NCBI RefSeq assembly: GCF_032191835.1 | Contig: NC_083235.1 | Span: 15,252,001-15,316,000, forward strand | Direction: 5' to 3' | Length of the DNA stretch: 64,000 nucleotides | Source: Heteronotia binoei | Lineage: Eukaryota | In this document: in pieces, positions 1 through 11,384 of the stretch | How the letters are laid out: the number at the start of each line of letters is the position of its first letter | Position numbering within the stretch: position 1 is the first letter of the stretch | Notes under the pieces: generated by a model | What the model was told of the DNA's origin: nothing | Database searches by the model: none | What the model saw: the letters and a program-made list of their open reading frames with translations, nothing else | Made by a program: the position numbers and the translations under genes

Positions 1-6
1 AGCGGA
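1..6 (-). CDS. CIRBP-like gene, probable start of exon 4 (truncated by window edge)
   Basis: The minus strand shows ctctctcatgtctctcttAG|TCC GCT: a strong pyrimidine tract in phase 0, where the family has S-x-DGRQI. Only 6 nt are visible. Confidence 0.55.
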
Positions 7-69
7 CTAAGAGAGACATGAGAGAGTTATGCATGGAGTCACGAGAGTTGACGAAGAGCAATTCTTCTC

Positions 70-457
70 TCTCAATAGGCTAGAACTCAACGGCACCAAA
101 TGAAGCTGATGGCTGGTTGATTCAAGATGGACAAAAGAAAATATTTCTTTACACACAAAGGGATTAAATGTGGAATTTGGTGCCAGAGAATATAGTGACA
201 GTCACAGGAATAAACAGCTTTAAAGGGGGATTAGATTGATGGAGGCCAGGTCTAACAGTGGCTATTAGCCATGGCAACTGAGAAGAACCTCCACATGCAG
301 AGGCACTGAGCTGTGCTCCCAGAGCCAGGAGGCAACATTAAGGAAAGGCCTCAGTCCTGGTTTTGGCCCTCTGGAGGAATTGGTTGGCCGCTGTGTGAAA
401 TTATGCTGGACTAGATGGACCACTGGTCCAATTCAGCAGGGCTCTGCTTATGTTCTA
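70..457 (+). mobile_element. CR1 LINE 3' fragment
   Basis: Degenerate RT C-terminal and 3' UTR sequence shared with the other CR1 copies in the window. Confidence 0.7.
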
Positions 458-526
458 CTTTATATAGGTAGCCTCTATTTACATTTGACTTCCACTAGCA
501 AACCTAAGCTTCTGGATGTTTTATAG

Positions 527-660
527 CAGGGGTGGCCAATGGTAGTTCTCCAGATGTTTTCTGCCTACAACTCCCATCAGCCACAGTCAGCATGGCCAAT
601 GGCTGGGGCTGATGGGAGTTGTAGGCAAAAAACATCTGGAGAACTACCGTTGGCCACCTG
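527..660. mobile_element. Short palindromic hAT-type MITE (TIR CAGGGGTGGCCAA); further copies at about 21570-21705, 45846-45975 and 54295-54405
   Basis: The element is nearly a full inverted repeat and recurs 4 times. Confidence 0.8.
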
Positions 661-1059
661 TTTATAGGCTACACTGGCCCCAAGCAATGGTAACATACAG
701 GGTGGTCAGCCTAAAGGAACATGCTTTTGTGAAAAGGAAAACAAAATGCCCAATTAGATAAAAGGGCACTCTCAAGTCTACCATGGGGATGCCTCTGCCA
801 TTTTGGGATGAAATTTTCGGTTTACAACGGCTGTCATGACTGGCACTGTGGTATCAACAGAGAGAGGGCTCTCTACCCAGGCTGGAGTTTTTTTGTTTTT
901 GAAAACAATGGAGGGGAAATGGCAGCAGCTCCACCCTCCACCCAGTACTGATCAGGGCTTGGGCCCCTGTGAACAAAGGGAATTTCACCATTAAAATGGC
1001 AGAGGCTTCGCTCCCCATGGTGGATTCAGGGAAGCCATCGCATCTAGCTGGGCCCTCAA

Positions 1060-1585
1060 GACTTGCATCGGAGGCAGTGCAGAAAAGGGCAACTAGAATG
1101 ATTAAAGGGTTGGAACACTTTCCCTATGAAGAGAGGTTAAAACGCTTGGGGCTCTTTAGCATGGAGAAATGTAGACTGAGGGGGTGACATGACAGAGGTT
1201 TACAAGATTACGCATAAGACAGAGAAGGTAGAGAAAGAAGTCCTTTTCTTCCTTTCTCACAATATGAGAACTTATGGGCATTCAATGAAATTGCTGAGCA
1301 GTTGGGATTAGAACGGATAAAAGGAAATATTTCTTTACCCAAAGGGTGATTATGTGGAATTCACTGCCACAGGATGGATTGGATAAGCTTTTGGAACAGA
1401 AATCCACCAGTGGCTATTAGCCACAGCCTATTGTCTGGGACAGTGATGATCTGTATTCTTGGTGCTTTGGGGGGGGGGGGGGAGCACAGTGGGACCTCCT
1501 GATGGCACCTGGGTTTTTTGGCCACTGTGTGACGAGTGTTGGACTGGATGGGCCATTGGCCTGATCCAACATGGCTTCTCTTATG
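1060..1585 (+). mobile_element. CR1 LINE 3' fragment
   Basis: Translates as [34 protein letters not shown], typical of the CR1 ORF2 C-terminus. Confidence 0.88.
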
Positions 1586-1870
1586 CTCTTAACAGTCCTG
1601 CTTGGCTTGCCTCTTCCAGATTCAGAAAAGCACAGGGAAGCTTAGATAAAAGTCCACTCTTCAGCAAACACAGAGAATAAAGGTGCAAGGAAATGCCCTT
1701 GGATTATAAATGATGTGATATCACCAATAAAGGGCATGGGGGCAGGTGCAACACAGGACCCCATTTTGGAAACTTGACCAGGTCTGTTATGGTACTGCTG
1801 TGAAGGGAAGGAACAAACAGAAGCAAGTTTGTGAACATCACTGCAGAAGGGAGAGGGAGCTCCCACTCAC

Positions 1871-1977
1871 CTCTCCATTCATGGCCCTCATGGCATCCTT
1901 AGCATCCTCAGGACGGCAATAGGTTATAAAACCAAAGCCCCTGGACCGCTGGGTTTCCCGGTCTTTCACTACAACCA
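1871..1977 (-). CDS. CIRBP-like gene exon 3 (RNP1)
   Basis: cccgcAG|TG GTT GTA GTG AAA GAC CGG...AAT GGA GAG|GTgagt; 107 nt, phase 1 to 0. Confidence 0.95.
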
Positions 1978-2639
1978 CTGCGGGTGGGAAAAATGAACAA
2001 GGTATCAGCCAGACATTTCAACTATAATCAGGAGCACATGAATATCTTGATACAGGCATCAGAAGTAGCACCGATTTTGGATCTCTAATCTTCAGAATCA
2101 TCCAAGCAACAAGATTCACTAATCAGTATTTAATACTGCAGAAGAGTAGCCTGCTGCACAAGTTAGCAAAACTGAGCATCACTACTTATGCACATTTATT
2201 CCCAATCACTTGCTTAGTAAATAGCTGCTTCTACTGGCTCACGTACTGGGGCAGTCTCCCACCATATGAATGGATGCAGTCACATTTGCTTTCTGTACAT
2301 TCTGAAACTCAATGATCACTTTCAAACTGAAGGAGTGCTTTGGTGAGAAAGCTAGCCGCTGCTTAATAATCATCAGCTCCAATCTACATAAGTCTGGCTT
2401 GACATGCTGCATGGATGGACACCGTTCTGGACATCAAGAGATGGGAATGCCAAGCAGGTGGCAAAGTGGAAGAAGAAAACCAGCTGCAAATATGGTTTGA
2501 GTTTTATCAGTTGAGCTTCTACAAAATCTGGCAAGCTATCTGAATTAACCCTAAAGATACTTCCAATTCCCTCAGAGCTGATATTCAAATTGTTACTCAC
2601 ATGTATGGAAGGCCCAAACTTACTGGAAGATATTGTTAG

Positions 2640-2850
2640 GGAGAGCCAATGTGGTTAGAGCAGTGTGTATAGCATGTCAGATTAGGTTCTGTGAGACCCA
2701 GGTTTGAATTTCTATTCCGCTATGGAAGTTTGCTAGGTGACTTTGGGCCAGTCACACACTCAGCTTAACCCACATAACAGGGTTGTTGTGAGGATAAAAT
2801 GCCAGAGAGGAGGCTGATGTCTGCTACTTTGCATCCCTGCTAGAATGAAA
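2640..2850 (+). mobile_element. Old CORE/MIR-like tRNA-SINE (similar remnants at about 12150-12290, 13050-13200, 33060-33150, 52100-52300)
   Basis: Degenerate A/B boxes and core motif gggttgttgtgaggataaaatg. Confidence 0.6.
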
Positions 2851-3389
2851 GGTGGGTACTGAGAAAGTTAATTATCCAAAATGATATTAGTCTTAGAAGT
2901 GGGAATTTCAACAGGCTTGAATTAGCAATGGGTAAGTGGAAAGAACTGCAGAGGAGAATCAGTAAGATACTAATGAGGCTCAAATAGATACAACAGAGCA
3001 ATAAGGATTTTAAAAAGAAGGCTTCCTAAAGCGTATCTGAGCTGTTATACAATCTATACTCATCTGCAGCAGTGGCCCCACTCGCAAGTGAACTTTGCTC
3101 CCAATAAGAACCCCACATGCGGATTTGCTACTGGAGCCCTCGCTACCATCTAGGTTGGCACACCTTATTCACACAACACCCGCCCTGTAACTATTAACGT
3201 GGTGCCTTTCTTTTGAGTGTCAATCACCAGGCAGAGATGATTTCTTCCCCACTCACACTTTGCTCACCTTTATATTTGCTGTGCTGAAAAGTGTGGCTTT
3301 CGCTGCCATTCTAGTTGGGAGTACGAATATCAATAATCTGGTCTTTACTGGGCCAGGAATTACTCTGAGGTCAGCATCATGTTTTAAAT

Positions 3390-3716
3390 CAGGGGTCTCC
3401 AAAGCTGTGTCTACTGACACCCTTCCTGACACCCACCGAGTTCTTTCACAAAGGGGGTAGGGACAGGGGAGGCTTTTGTCCAGCAAGGCTTCCGAATGAC
3501 CGCTGGAGATCTGATTGGCTCTGCAGGCTTTTTTTTTTTTTTTTTTAAACCTGCTCTGGCAGCAGCTACCACCACAGCACAAGGAGCTTTACTGTGTGAC
3601 TGAAGGTAAGCTGTGGTAGTCATTTGATGTCTGGCTACATCTCCTGTGGAAGCCATTTTGTGGCTGCCCCAACACTGTAAGAATTCTCACAGGCTCAAAA
3701 AAGTTGGGGACTCCTG
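3390..3716. mobile_element. hAT-type non-autonomous transposon
   Basis: TIR caggggtctccaa / ttggggactcctg with perfect 8-bp TSD ttttaaat. Confidence 0.85.
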
Positions 3717-4138
3717 TTTTAAATAAACGCAAACAATGGAAAACACTGCTGATGGGACTGACTCAAGACTCTTACAGTGAGGAAGTACATTAACGCTGCA
3801 AGTGAAAGCAAACTGGTAAAGACGAGGACATGAAAGTCAGCGCAGAACAAGTAAGCAACTCTCTTAAGCAGACTGTGCTGCTATTAAAGAATAGGTGCAT
3901 TTGATGAAAGGGGTAACATTTAAGTGAACTGTAAAAGAAACAGTATTTTGCATCTTTAGATTAATCTAAAACCAAGACTAGTAAAAGATGGGTATTTATT
4001 AACTAGTAATACAACCCTGGGAAATCAGGTGCCATACCATGCACTGTACATGGTTTATTTCTGTCTCACACTGTGTTTACGCTACTTCTGGACTAACACT
4101 TCAAGATGTAGGTCAGTCAAATGTTTCTTTTATTTTTA

Positions 4139-4332
4139 TGAACATATGAAGCTGGCTTATATTGAATCAGACCCTCGGTCCATCAAAGTCAGTATTGTCT
4201 ACTCAGACTAGCCAGCAGCTCTCCAGGGTCTCAAACTGAGGTTTTTCACACCTACTTGCCTGGACCCTTTTTAGTTGGAGATGCTGGGGATTGAACCTGG
4301 GACCTTCTGCTTACCAAGCAGATGCTCTACCA
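4139..4332 (-). mobile_element. tRNA-derived SINE, Squam2-like
   Basis: Reverse complement of the 31026-31237 copy, with A and B boxes. Confidence 0.82.
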
Positions 4333-4741
4333 CTGAGCCACCGTCCTTCCCCTAAAAACAAAACAAAAAAAGCCCCTTGCATGTTAAGAAAATCTGAACT
4401 TCCCCTTTATTATTGTTTTGTATGCACAGATGGTTTTTTAAAAAGTGGCACAGCTTACTACGATATAGAATTGATTAAGTATAGCAGCCCAACAAATTAA
4501 GGAATGTCCAGTTATCAACAGTGCCTCCTCTCTTGGGTAATAATGGAATCGACCTTTCACTCTGGCATTATTCATTTTTAACCATAATATTCCTGCAAGT
4601 GTGTAGTGCTTAGCTTAATTAAGCAATGCACACAATCCCAAAACTTTCATCCTTGCCATGTATCATGATACTGAAATGTGGCAAAGCCAGCCATTGTGAT
4701 ACCCTAGAGATACAGACGAGGCTGATGACACCTTTTCTCAC

Positions 4742-4844
4742 CTTCTGCAATGTCTCCATAGGGAGAGAACAACTGCTCCAGATTCTGCTCATTGGTGTCA
4801 AAACTGAGCCCTCCAATGAAGAGCTTTCCTTCATCCGATGCCAT
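4742..4844 (-). CDS. CIRBP-like gene exon 2, coding part (ATG, RNP2); whole exon is 4742-4855
   Basis: tttgtccacAG|attattccaaaATGGCATCGGATGAAGGA...GCA GAA G|GTgaga; 103 coding nt. Confidence 0.95.
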
Positions 4845-6569
4845 TTTGGAATAATCTGTGGACAAAGAATTGCTCGTTTGAATTTAGGCATCCTAAACAG
4901 CACCCTATTTTAATCTCCCAGCCACGCAGATCACCATTATTCCTCACCTCTCATTTGACCATCTGAAAGCACTGCTGGTGATCAGGTTTCCTTCACTCTA
5001 CCCCAACATATTGGACCAGTGTGTAAATCTGGTGTAAGGCCAAATTTATAATCCTTCTATTGTGTTGTCACTGATTAGAACCTACCCTGCCACACACATG
5101 ATCAGGGCCTAATCCCACCCCCTTGCAGCTAAATTTCAACAGGCACCTACCGCTTTTTAAATAAATCATTGTAGATGCTCATACCCACACAGGGATAACA
5201 AATGTACCTATAGTTTCACTTTCATGTTTGAGCCTTTTCTTTTCCCAGCAGCACCATTTATTTCAGGTTTATGCTGCTTACATTCTCTGACACCCCAAGG
5301 CAGAGACATACAGAATGTGAATGGTTGTTCATAGTTGTCTGTGTAGCTTACTATCAGGCTCCCCGCTTCTATGGACATATATTTGGAAGAAAATTTCACT
5401 ATAATCGGTGGCTTTCCTAGTTACATGTGCATGGGGAGCCTTAAAGCTTGGATGCAGCTCTAGTCGTTCCTAGCAGCAAACAAAGAGCCAAGAAACAAAA
5501 ATGCTTTATTAACACACATTTTATCTTTGCAGGTCCCTCCTGGTCACGACCCAATATCTTCTGAAGGAGTGGTACTTCTGGGTAAACATGTACACAATCA
5601 GGTTACAAAAGAACCTTTTTCAGAGAGGTGGATTGTTCCCCCGTTACTTCCGGGTAAAAAATAAATAAAAATCTCTTCTTTTGCCTTCTTCCTTTAGTAG
5701 TGCTCCAAACCTATTACTTTTAAGGTGATTAGATTACAATATTCCCTTTTAAAAAAAAAATTCCAGACAAGCATAAGCAAAATTGCAGACTTGCAATTTT
5801 TGTGGATTTGCAAGGCAATGCAAAGATGGCCTTCCTGGGACATGAAACCCTCAGCATCTCTAGCCAACCCTGCAGGCCATGCCTACTGCTCTGCAGCAGC
5901 TGCTTGTAAAGCAGGACGGACATTACTCCCCCAATAATCCTGGGTAGGACTGCTTCACCCTTCCACAAGCAGCCGGGAGACATTGTTTGATTAGGCACCT
6001 ATACTCATGACAAAACCTAGAGTTATGACCAGGCAGGGAGTGAATTCTGCCACAGCCCTTTGGAAAGGTCTGACCAAGGGAGCAGCCAGGGAAAGGGCAG
6101 GGATACATCTGGGAAACTGCCTTCTAGGGAACATGCCGCTAAGTTGGGACCAATACAATTTTAACTAGCTGTGATAATCACAATCGCCATGTTATGTAAC
6201 CCAAGCCACAAGAGTTTCTTGATTGGTTACATGGCTTGGCATCTCACCTTTGTGGCTCCTGGCAACAATATTTAAGTAACCCCGCAACTGTGAGATACAC
6301 AAAGTGTACAGGAATTAAAGCTGTAATCCTGTACACACACTTGTAACTCTTACTATGCTCGGTCAAACTTCCTTCTAAGTGAATGTGCCTTATGATCCGG
6401 CTAGACATGCAACGGCCTGCCTAATAAACTCCGCTGAAATATTTCCTCCGTGTAGTTGGCATTTGGTCCCTATCAACCCAGGCAAGTTGTTCAGGAGCAT
6501 AATACTAAAACAGTGGTGGCTGAACTACAGCTCAGGAACCACACAGGGCTCTCACACATGTTGTGGGGC

Positions 6570-7075
6570 TGATGAAGCCCCCACTGCCCCATCAGCCAGT
6601 TTGGAGAAGGCATTTGGCTCTTAACTCACTTCTCCAAGTCAAGCCAGCCAACAGCCTGGAGCAGGGGTGGCCAAATTGCGGCTCTTTCACACGCATCCTG
6701 TGGCTCTTGAAGACCCCACTGCCTCATCAGCTTGGCATTTCTCCAAACAAAGCCAGCGGCTTAGAAAATTCATTTAAATTTGCTTTCTTTCCACTTCTCC
6801 CTCCCTCCTCCTTCCCCCATCCATTTGCCTTCCTTCCATCTGTCTTGTGGCTCTCAAACATCTGAGGTTTATTCTATGTGACTCTTACGTTAAGCAAATG
6901 TGGCCATCCCTGGCCTGGAGAACGCATTTCAAGTTAAAGTTACTTTATTTCCATTTCCCTCTATTTGCCTTCCTTCCTCGTGGCTCTCAAACATCTGATA
7001 CCGATGTTTTCTGGCTCTAAAACGTCTGACATTTATTCTGTGGTTTTTACGTTAAGGAAGTTCGGCCACCGCCGT
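6570..7075. mobile_element. hAT MITE (6662-6912, TSD gcctggag) nested in an older copy of the same family
   Basis: Perfect 8-bp TSD at 6654-6661 and 6913-6920. The flanks resemble the interior of the insert. Confidence 0.78.
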
Positions 7076-7259
7076 ACCAAAATCTTGAATTTCTCAAAAA
7101 AAAAATGGGGATGAAATTACTGCAATCTACTGAAGGCATCAGCCATTAGGAGTTGGGCTTCCTTTAAACCCAGCACAGCGGAATTTTTTTAAGTGTTTTA
7201 TTATCCAAGAACGGGCGGGAAAAAGACAATTCTGCAGGCTGCTCCGGCGGACAGGGCTG

Positions 7260-8160
7260 CAATGATGGAGTGAGAGAAACGCTACCCGCTGGCAAGTCAG
7301 GAAGGCCTCCTTCCATCCACCCCCCCAGGATAAAATGGCCGCGAGCACGTGGCCTGAACAGAATGCGGGAAGACAAGCGCGGCGCGGTCTCACGTTCTTC
7401 AGGCGGGGGGTGGAACCCCCCTCCCTATTTACAGGCATGCGCGTTAGCGCTCCGCTGGCCTCCCGCGCCCAGCTCCCGGCCGTTGCGCAGGCGCGGCAGA
7501 GCGCGCGCTCAACCCTCAACCCCCTTCCCCCCACCCCCCGCAACACCTACGCTGCAAAGCATCCCGCTCCCCTGCCCGACTTTCCCGAAGCGTTAGCAAC
7601 CGCCCGCGCTCCCCTCTGGCACACGCGCACTGCGCCTCGCGAGCCGCCGCGGTGGGCTTTTTTTCCCCCCAGCGGCGCATGCGTGAGGCGGCCCGCCCGT
7701 TCTTTATGGGCAGCCGCCGCCATTTTGTGTAGCGTCTCTCCCTTCTCTCCTCCCCCACCTCGGGGGGAAAAAAAAGAAAAAGGCCCTTTTCTCCGCCGTC
7801 GTTCTGCCCCCTCAGGACCTTCCTCGTAACGGTCTCGGCGTCCCCCTGAGGAAAAGCGAACCGGGGGAGGGAAGCACTCACCGACAAAGGGGGACTCGGA
7901 GGAGGAGATGCGCGTAGACCCGTTAGCGGCTGAAGCAGGAGGCTATCGCGATGGCGGCAGGAGAAGAGAGGGGGGCGAGGAGAATGAAAGCGAGGCTGCG
8001 CTTTAAGCCCCGCCCCGCCACTCGGAGTCTGGCGCGCCATTGGCTGGAGGCAGAAAGGGCGGGGCTCAGCCGCAATAAAGGGCAGGCCCGCCCATTCAGG
8101 CTGGGGCATGCAGGGAAAAGGGGGGTGGCTGCGGTCGTCGTGCTTTCGCAGGCCTTGCTC
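7260..8160 (-). promoter_or_regulatory. CpG-island promoter of the CIRBP-like gene
   Basis: CpG-rich. TATA-like CTTAAAG (8001-8007), GC boxes (8008-8019), CCAAT (8039-8043), YY1-type AAAATGGC(G/C)GC motifs (7716-7726, 7332-7342) and NRF1-type GCGCATGCG (7675-7684). Confidence 0.8.
7882..7985 (-). other. CIRBP-like gene non-coding exon 1 (start approximate)
   Basis: Consensus donor TCG|GTGAGT at 7881/7880 inside the CpG island, a pyrimidine-rich start region, and no ATG in the exon. Confidence 0.75.
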
Positions 8161-8950
8161 GAAAATCCCCACCCAGGAATGCAAATCCTCCCGCACTTTT
8201 TGCAGCCATTCGTCATCCACAGATAAGGGTGCAACTGCTTCAAATGTTAAACATTGGGTTGCAACCAGTGTTCCCTCTAAGCTGAGTTAGCGGGAGCCAG
8301 CTCACACATTTTTGTCTTACCTCAGGGGGGAAATGGCCCCAGGGCACGCTAATTGATGCAGCAGCTCACAGCTTTCATGCCAGTAGCTCACAAAGTAGAA
8401 TTTTTGCTCACAAGACTCTGCAGCTTAGAGGGAACATTGGTTGCAACTGGTTTCATTGATTTTATGTGTGCCTTTTGTTGTACATCGCCTAGAGCTCAGC
8501 ATTGACCGGGATGAGGCGGTCATTGGGCATTTGCAGGCCTTCCTCGGAAATCCCCACCCAGGCATGCAAATCATCGGGCACTTTTTGCAGCCATTGGTCA
8601 TCCACAGATAAGGCTGCGACTTTTACATTTTAAACATTGGGTTGCAACCAGTGTTCCATCTAAGCTGAGTTAGCGTGAGCTATTTCACAGTTTTTTAGCT
8701 TCCAGCTCACACATTTTTGTCTTAGCTCAGAAAAAATGGTCCCAGAGCTTGTTGTGCTCACATCTTTAATGCCAGTAGCTCACAAAGTAGAATTTTTGCT
8801 CACAAGACTGCAGCTTAGAGGGAACAGCCGCCCTGAGCCACTTGTGGGAAGGGCGGGATATAAATCATAAATAAACTAAACTAAAAAAACTAAAAAACAT
8901 TGGTTGCAACTGTTTGTATTGATTTTATGTATATCCTTTGTTGTACAGGT
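8145..8950. repeat. About 400-bp tandem duplication, each copy carrying a CAGTGTTCCCTCTAAG-TIR MITE (8266-8439, 8651-8826)
   Basis: Colinear similarity between 8145-8490 and 8529-8950. MITE TSD gttgcaac in copy 1. Confidence 0.85.
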
Positions 8951-9245
8951 AAAGGTAGTCCCCTGTGCAAGCACCAGTCGTTTTTGATTCTGGGGTGACG
9001 TTGCTTTCACAACGTTTTCACGGCAGACTTTTTGCGGGGTGGTTTGCCATTGCCTTCCCCATTCATCTACACTCCCCACCCCCCAGCAAGCTGGGGACTC
9101 ATTTGACTGACCTTGGAAGGATGGAAGGCTGAGTCAACCTGGAGCCAGCTACCTGAACCAGCTTTCGCTGGGATTGAACTCACGTCCTGAGCAGAGGGCT
9201 CCGACTGCAATACTGCAGCTTTACCACTCTGTGCCACGGGGCTCT
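8947..9245 (-). mobile_element. Sauria SINE (other copies: 16715-16982 minus, 55300-55585 minus, 58400-58690 plus)
   Basis: Shared body ending ...ctgcacaggggactacctttacct and a tRNA-like head; four copies in the window. Confidence 0.85.
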
Positions 9246-9420
9246 TGGGTCAGCCATAGCTCTCGCAGAGTTGTCCTTGAAAGGGCAGCTGCTGTGAGAG
9301 TCCTCTCAGCCAACCCACCTCACAGGGTGTTGTGGGGGAGGAAGATAAAGGAGATTGTGATCCGCTCTGAGACTGAGATTCGGAGTGGAGGGAGGGATAT
9401 AAATCCAATATCATCTTCTT
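9246..9420 (+). mobile_element. 5'-truncated Squam3-like SINE
   Basis: Body and tail match the 12511 and 17527 copies. Confidence 0.8.
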
Positions 9421-9457
9421 CAGTCACTTGCTAGCTTTGGTTTCCCATTTGATAAAC

Positions 9458-10058
9458 CAGTGGTGTCAAACTTGTTTGTTATGAGGGCCGGAAATGACAC
9501 AAATGAGACCCTGTCAGACAGTGTTGGGCGGGGCCTTGTGTGTACCTATTTAAGATTAGGTAGCAGAGGTACAAACTTTTTAAAGGACACACAAACTTTT
9601 TAAAAAATATATATTTTTTAAATGAAACAAAATAAAACATGCTTAAAACATTAGCACTTGTTGGTCTTAAAGGTGCTTTCTTTGTGTTTCTCCCATGGGA
9701 TCCAGGAAATTGGGCAAAGAAAGCTCTGGCTCTTTCCTTCCTTCCCCAGGGGACTGGGGGGGCGGCTCAGCCAATAGAAGGAAGAGAGGCTTGGCTCAGT
9801 AGCTCTGCTGTGCGATTGAGAGACCCTGGAAAAACATCCTCTGCCTCCGCCCAAGGGCGGAGCCTCAGCCAATGGAGAAAATAGAGGTTTTGCTCTGTAG
9901 CTCCTGTGCGATTGAGCAAGCCTTGCAAAAGCAAGTTGAGATGCAAAAGGAAGCAAGAGAAGGAGAAGGAAGCAGACAAGAGCCAGTTGTTTGGGGGCCT
10001 GATAGGATTCCTCCAGGGGCCTGAATTCGGCCCTCAGGCTGCATGTTTGAGACCCCTG
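9458..10058. mobile_element. hAT-type non-autonomous transposon (same family as 15230-15771 and 59814-60400)
   Basis: TIR cagtggtgtcaaac / tttgagacccctg with a shared interior. Confidence 0.8.
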
Positions 10059-10459
10059 TGATAAACTGTGGCTACTGGCTTTGCAGGATGGTTGGCAGGA
10101 CCATTCTGAAATAATTCCATCATCAGGACTCCTAAACTTGATGCAGGACTGACTTGTCCATTAGGCACAGTGCCTAGAATCCATTTTGCTGATACTGAAA
10201 CCTTTATTAGCATTTGAGTCCATAATACTTTTAGGGTCCCACAAAAATGTTTTAATTCCAGTTAAAATCAGCAGGAAGAAATAAACTTTTAAGGTCAAAG
10301 ACAATGTTTTAATTTTTTTTTCTAACCTCAGAAACAAATGTGCTGGGGCTCATGAAAATCTCTTAAATTTTGCCTAAAGTGAGGCAAAAAAAAAAAGAGT
10401 TGAAGTATTTAAAGTTATATCCACAATTATTTTAAATATTTTTAATGAAGGAGGAAGAG

Positions 10460-11222
10460 AAATAGAAATTGGATTTATACCCTGCCCTTCACTCAGACTC
10501 CAAGAGCAGCTTACAATCTCCTTTCCCTTCCCCTCCTCATAACAGACACCCTGTGAGCGGTGTCCTCTCTAAGTAGAGTTAGTGTGAGCTAGCTCACAGT
10601 TTTATAGCCTCTGGCTCACACGTTTTTGTCTTAGCTCAGGAAAAGTTGCCCCAGAGCAGGGGTGGCCAAACTGTGGCTTTTTCACACATATTGTGTGACT
10701 CTCAAAGGCCCCACTGCCCTGTTGACCAGCTTGCAGAAAGTATTTCTCTCTTTAAATCAATTCTCCAAGCCAAGCCAGCAAGCAGCTTGGAGAATACATT
10801 TACAGTTGATTTATTTTCCCTCCTTCCTCCCCCATCTATTTTCCTTCCTTCCTGCCTGCCCTCAAACATCTGATGTTCATGCCTTACAGCTCTCAAATAT
10901 CTGATGTTTATTCTGTGTAGCTCTTACATTAAGCAAGTTTGGCTATCCTTGCCCCAGAGCAAGCTAATTTATGCAGTAGTTCACAATTTTAATGCCAGTA
11001 GTCCACAAAGTTGAGTTTTTGCTCCCAAGATTCCACAGCTTTGAGGGAATATTGCCTGTGAGGTAGGTGGGGCTGAGAGAGCTCTGACAGAAACTGCTCC
11101 TGAGCAGAATGGCTCTGAGAGAACTGACACTGACCCAAAGTCACCCCAGCAGCTGCATGTGAAGGTGTGGGGAATCAAACCGGGTTCTCCAGATCAGAGT
11201 CTGCCACTCTTAAACACTACAC
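10460..11222 (-). mobile_element. Squam3-like SINE interrupted by a MITE (10558-11054) that is itself interrupted by a hAT MITE (10657-10951)
   Basis: TSDs cctgtgag (10550-10557, 11055-11062) and ccccagag (10649-10656, 10952-10959). Confidence 0.85.
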
Positions 11223-11384
11223 TGAACTGGAAGGGGGCAGGGCCCGTGAAGGCAAAAGTGCCCACAAAAGTCATAATGTGGCCCTGGTTAGAAGAAGACA
11301 AGGGAGGCTATTTCTTCACATGTGATGGCAGTCCCTTCTGATATTCCGTGTTTGCCGCCCCTTGGAGATGCCCCTTGGAAGGTT

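Larger units (their letters stand above)
1..7985 (-). other. CIRBP-like / RBM3-paralogous cold-shock RRM gene (gene span, 3' part outside window)
   Basis: Spliced translation [72 protein letters not shown].. has RNP2 (LFIGGL) and RNP1 (RGFGFITY). Coding exon sizes 103 and 107 nt match the CIRBP/RBM3 layout. Confidence 0.93.

Noticed and set aside
3256-3337. Poison cassette exon in CIRBP-like intron 2 (strong donor AAG|GTGAGC at 3268)
   Set aside because: The only nearby acceptor lacks a pyrimidine tract and has a competing AG 6 nt upstream.
1871-4844. Assigning the symbol CIRBP to the left-hand gene
   Set aside because: It has mixed CIRBP and RBM3 diagnostic residues, RBM3-linked synteny, and its C-terminus lies outside the window. 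Orthology needs a phylogeny.
5335-5450. H/ACA snoRNA in CIRBP-like intron 1 (9-bp stem aggctcccc/ggggagcct followed by ACA)
   Set aside because: The hairpin is too long (about 105 nt), pocket-to-ACA spacing is 11 or 17 nt rather than 14-16, and no adjacent first hairpin with an H box was found. A snoReport or Infernal search would settle it.
7139-8243. Long overlapping ORFs (164, 234, 135 aa) and similar ones at 27127-28174
   Set aside because: They are stop-poor GC-rich CpG-island sequence with low-complexity R/P/A/G translations, overlapping promoters and first introns.
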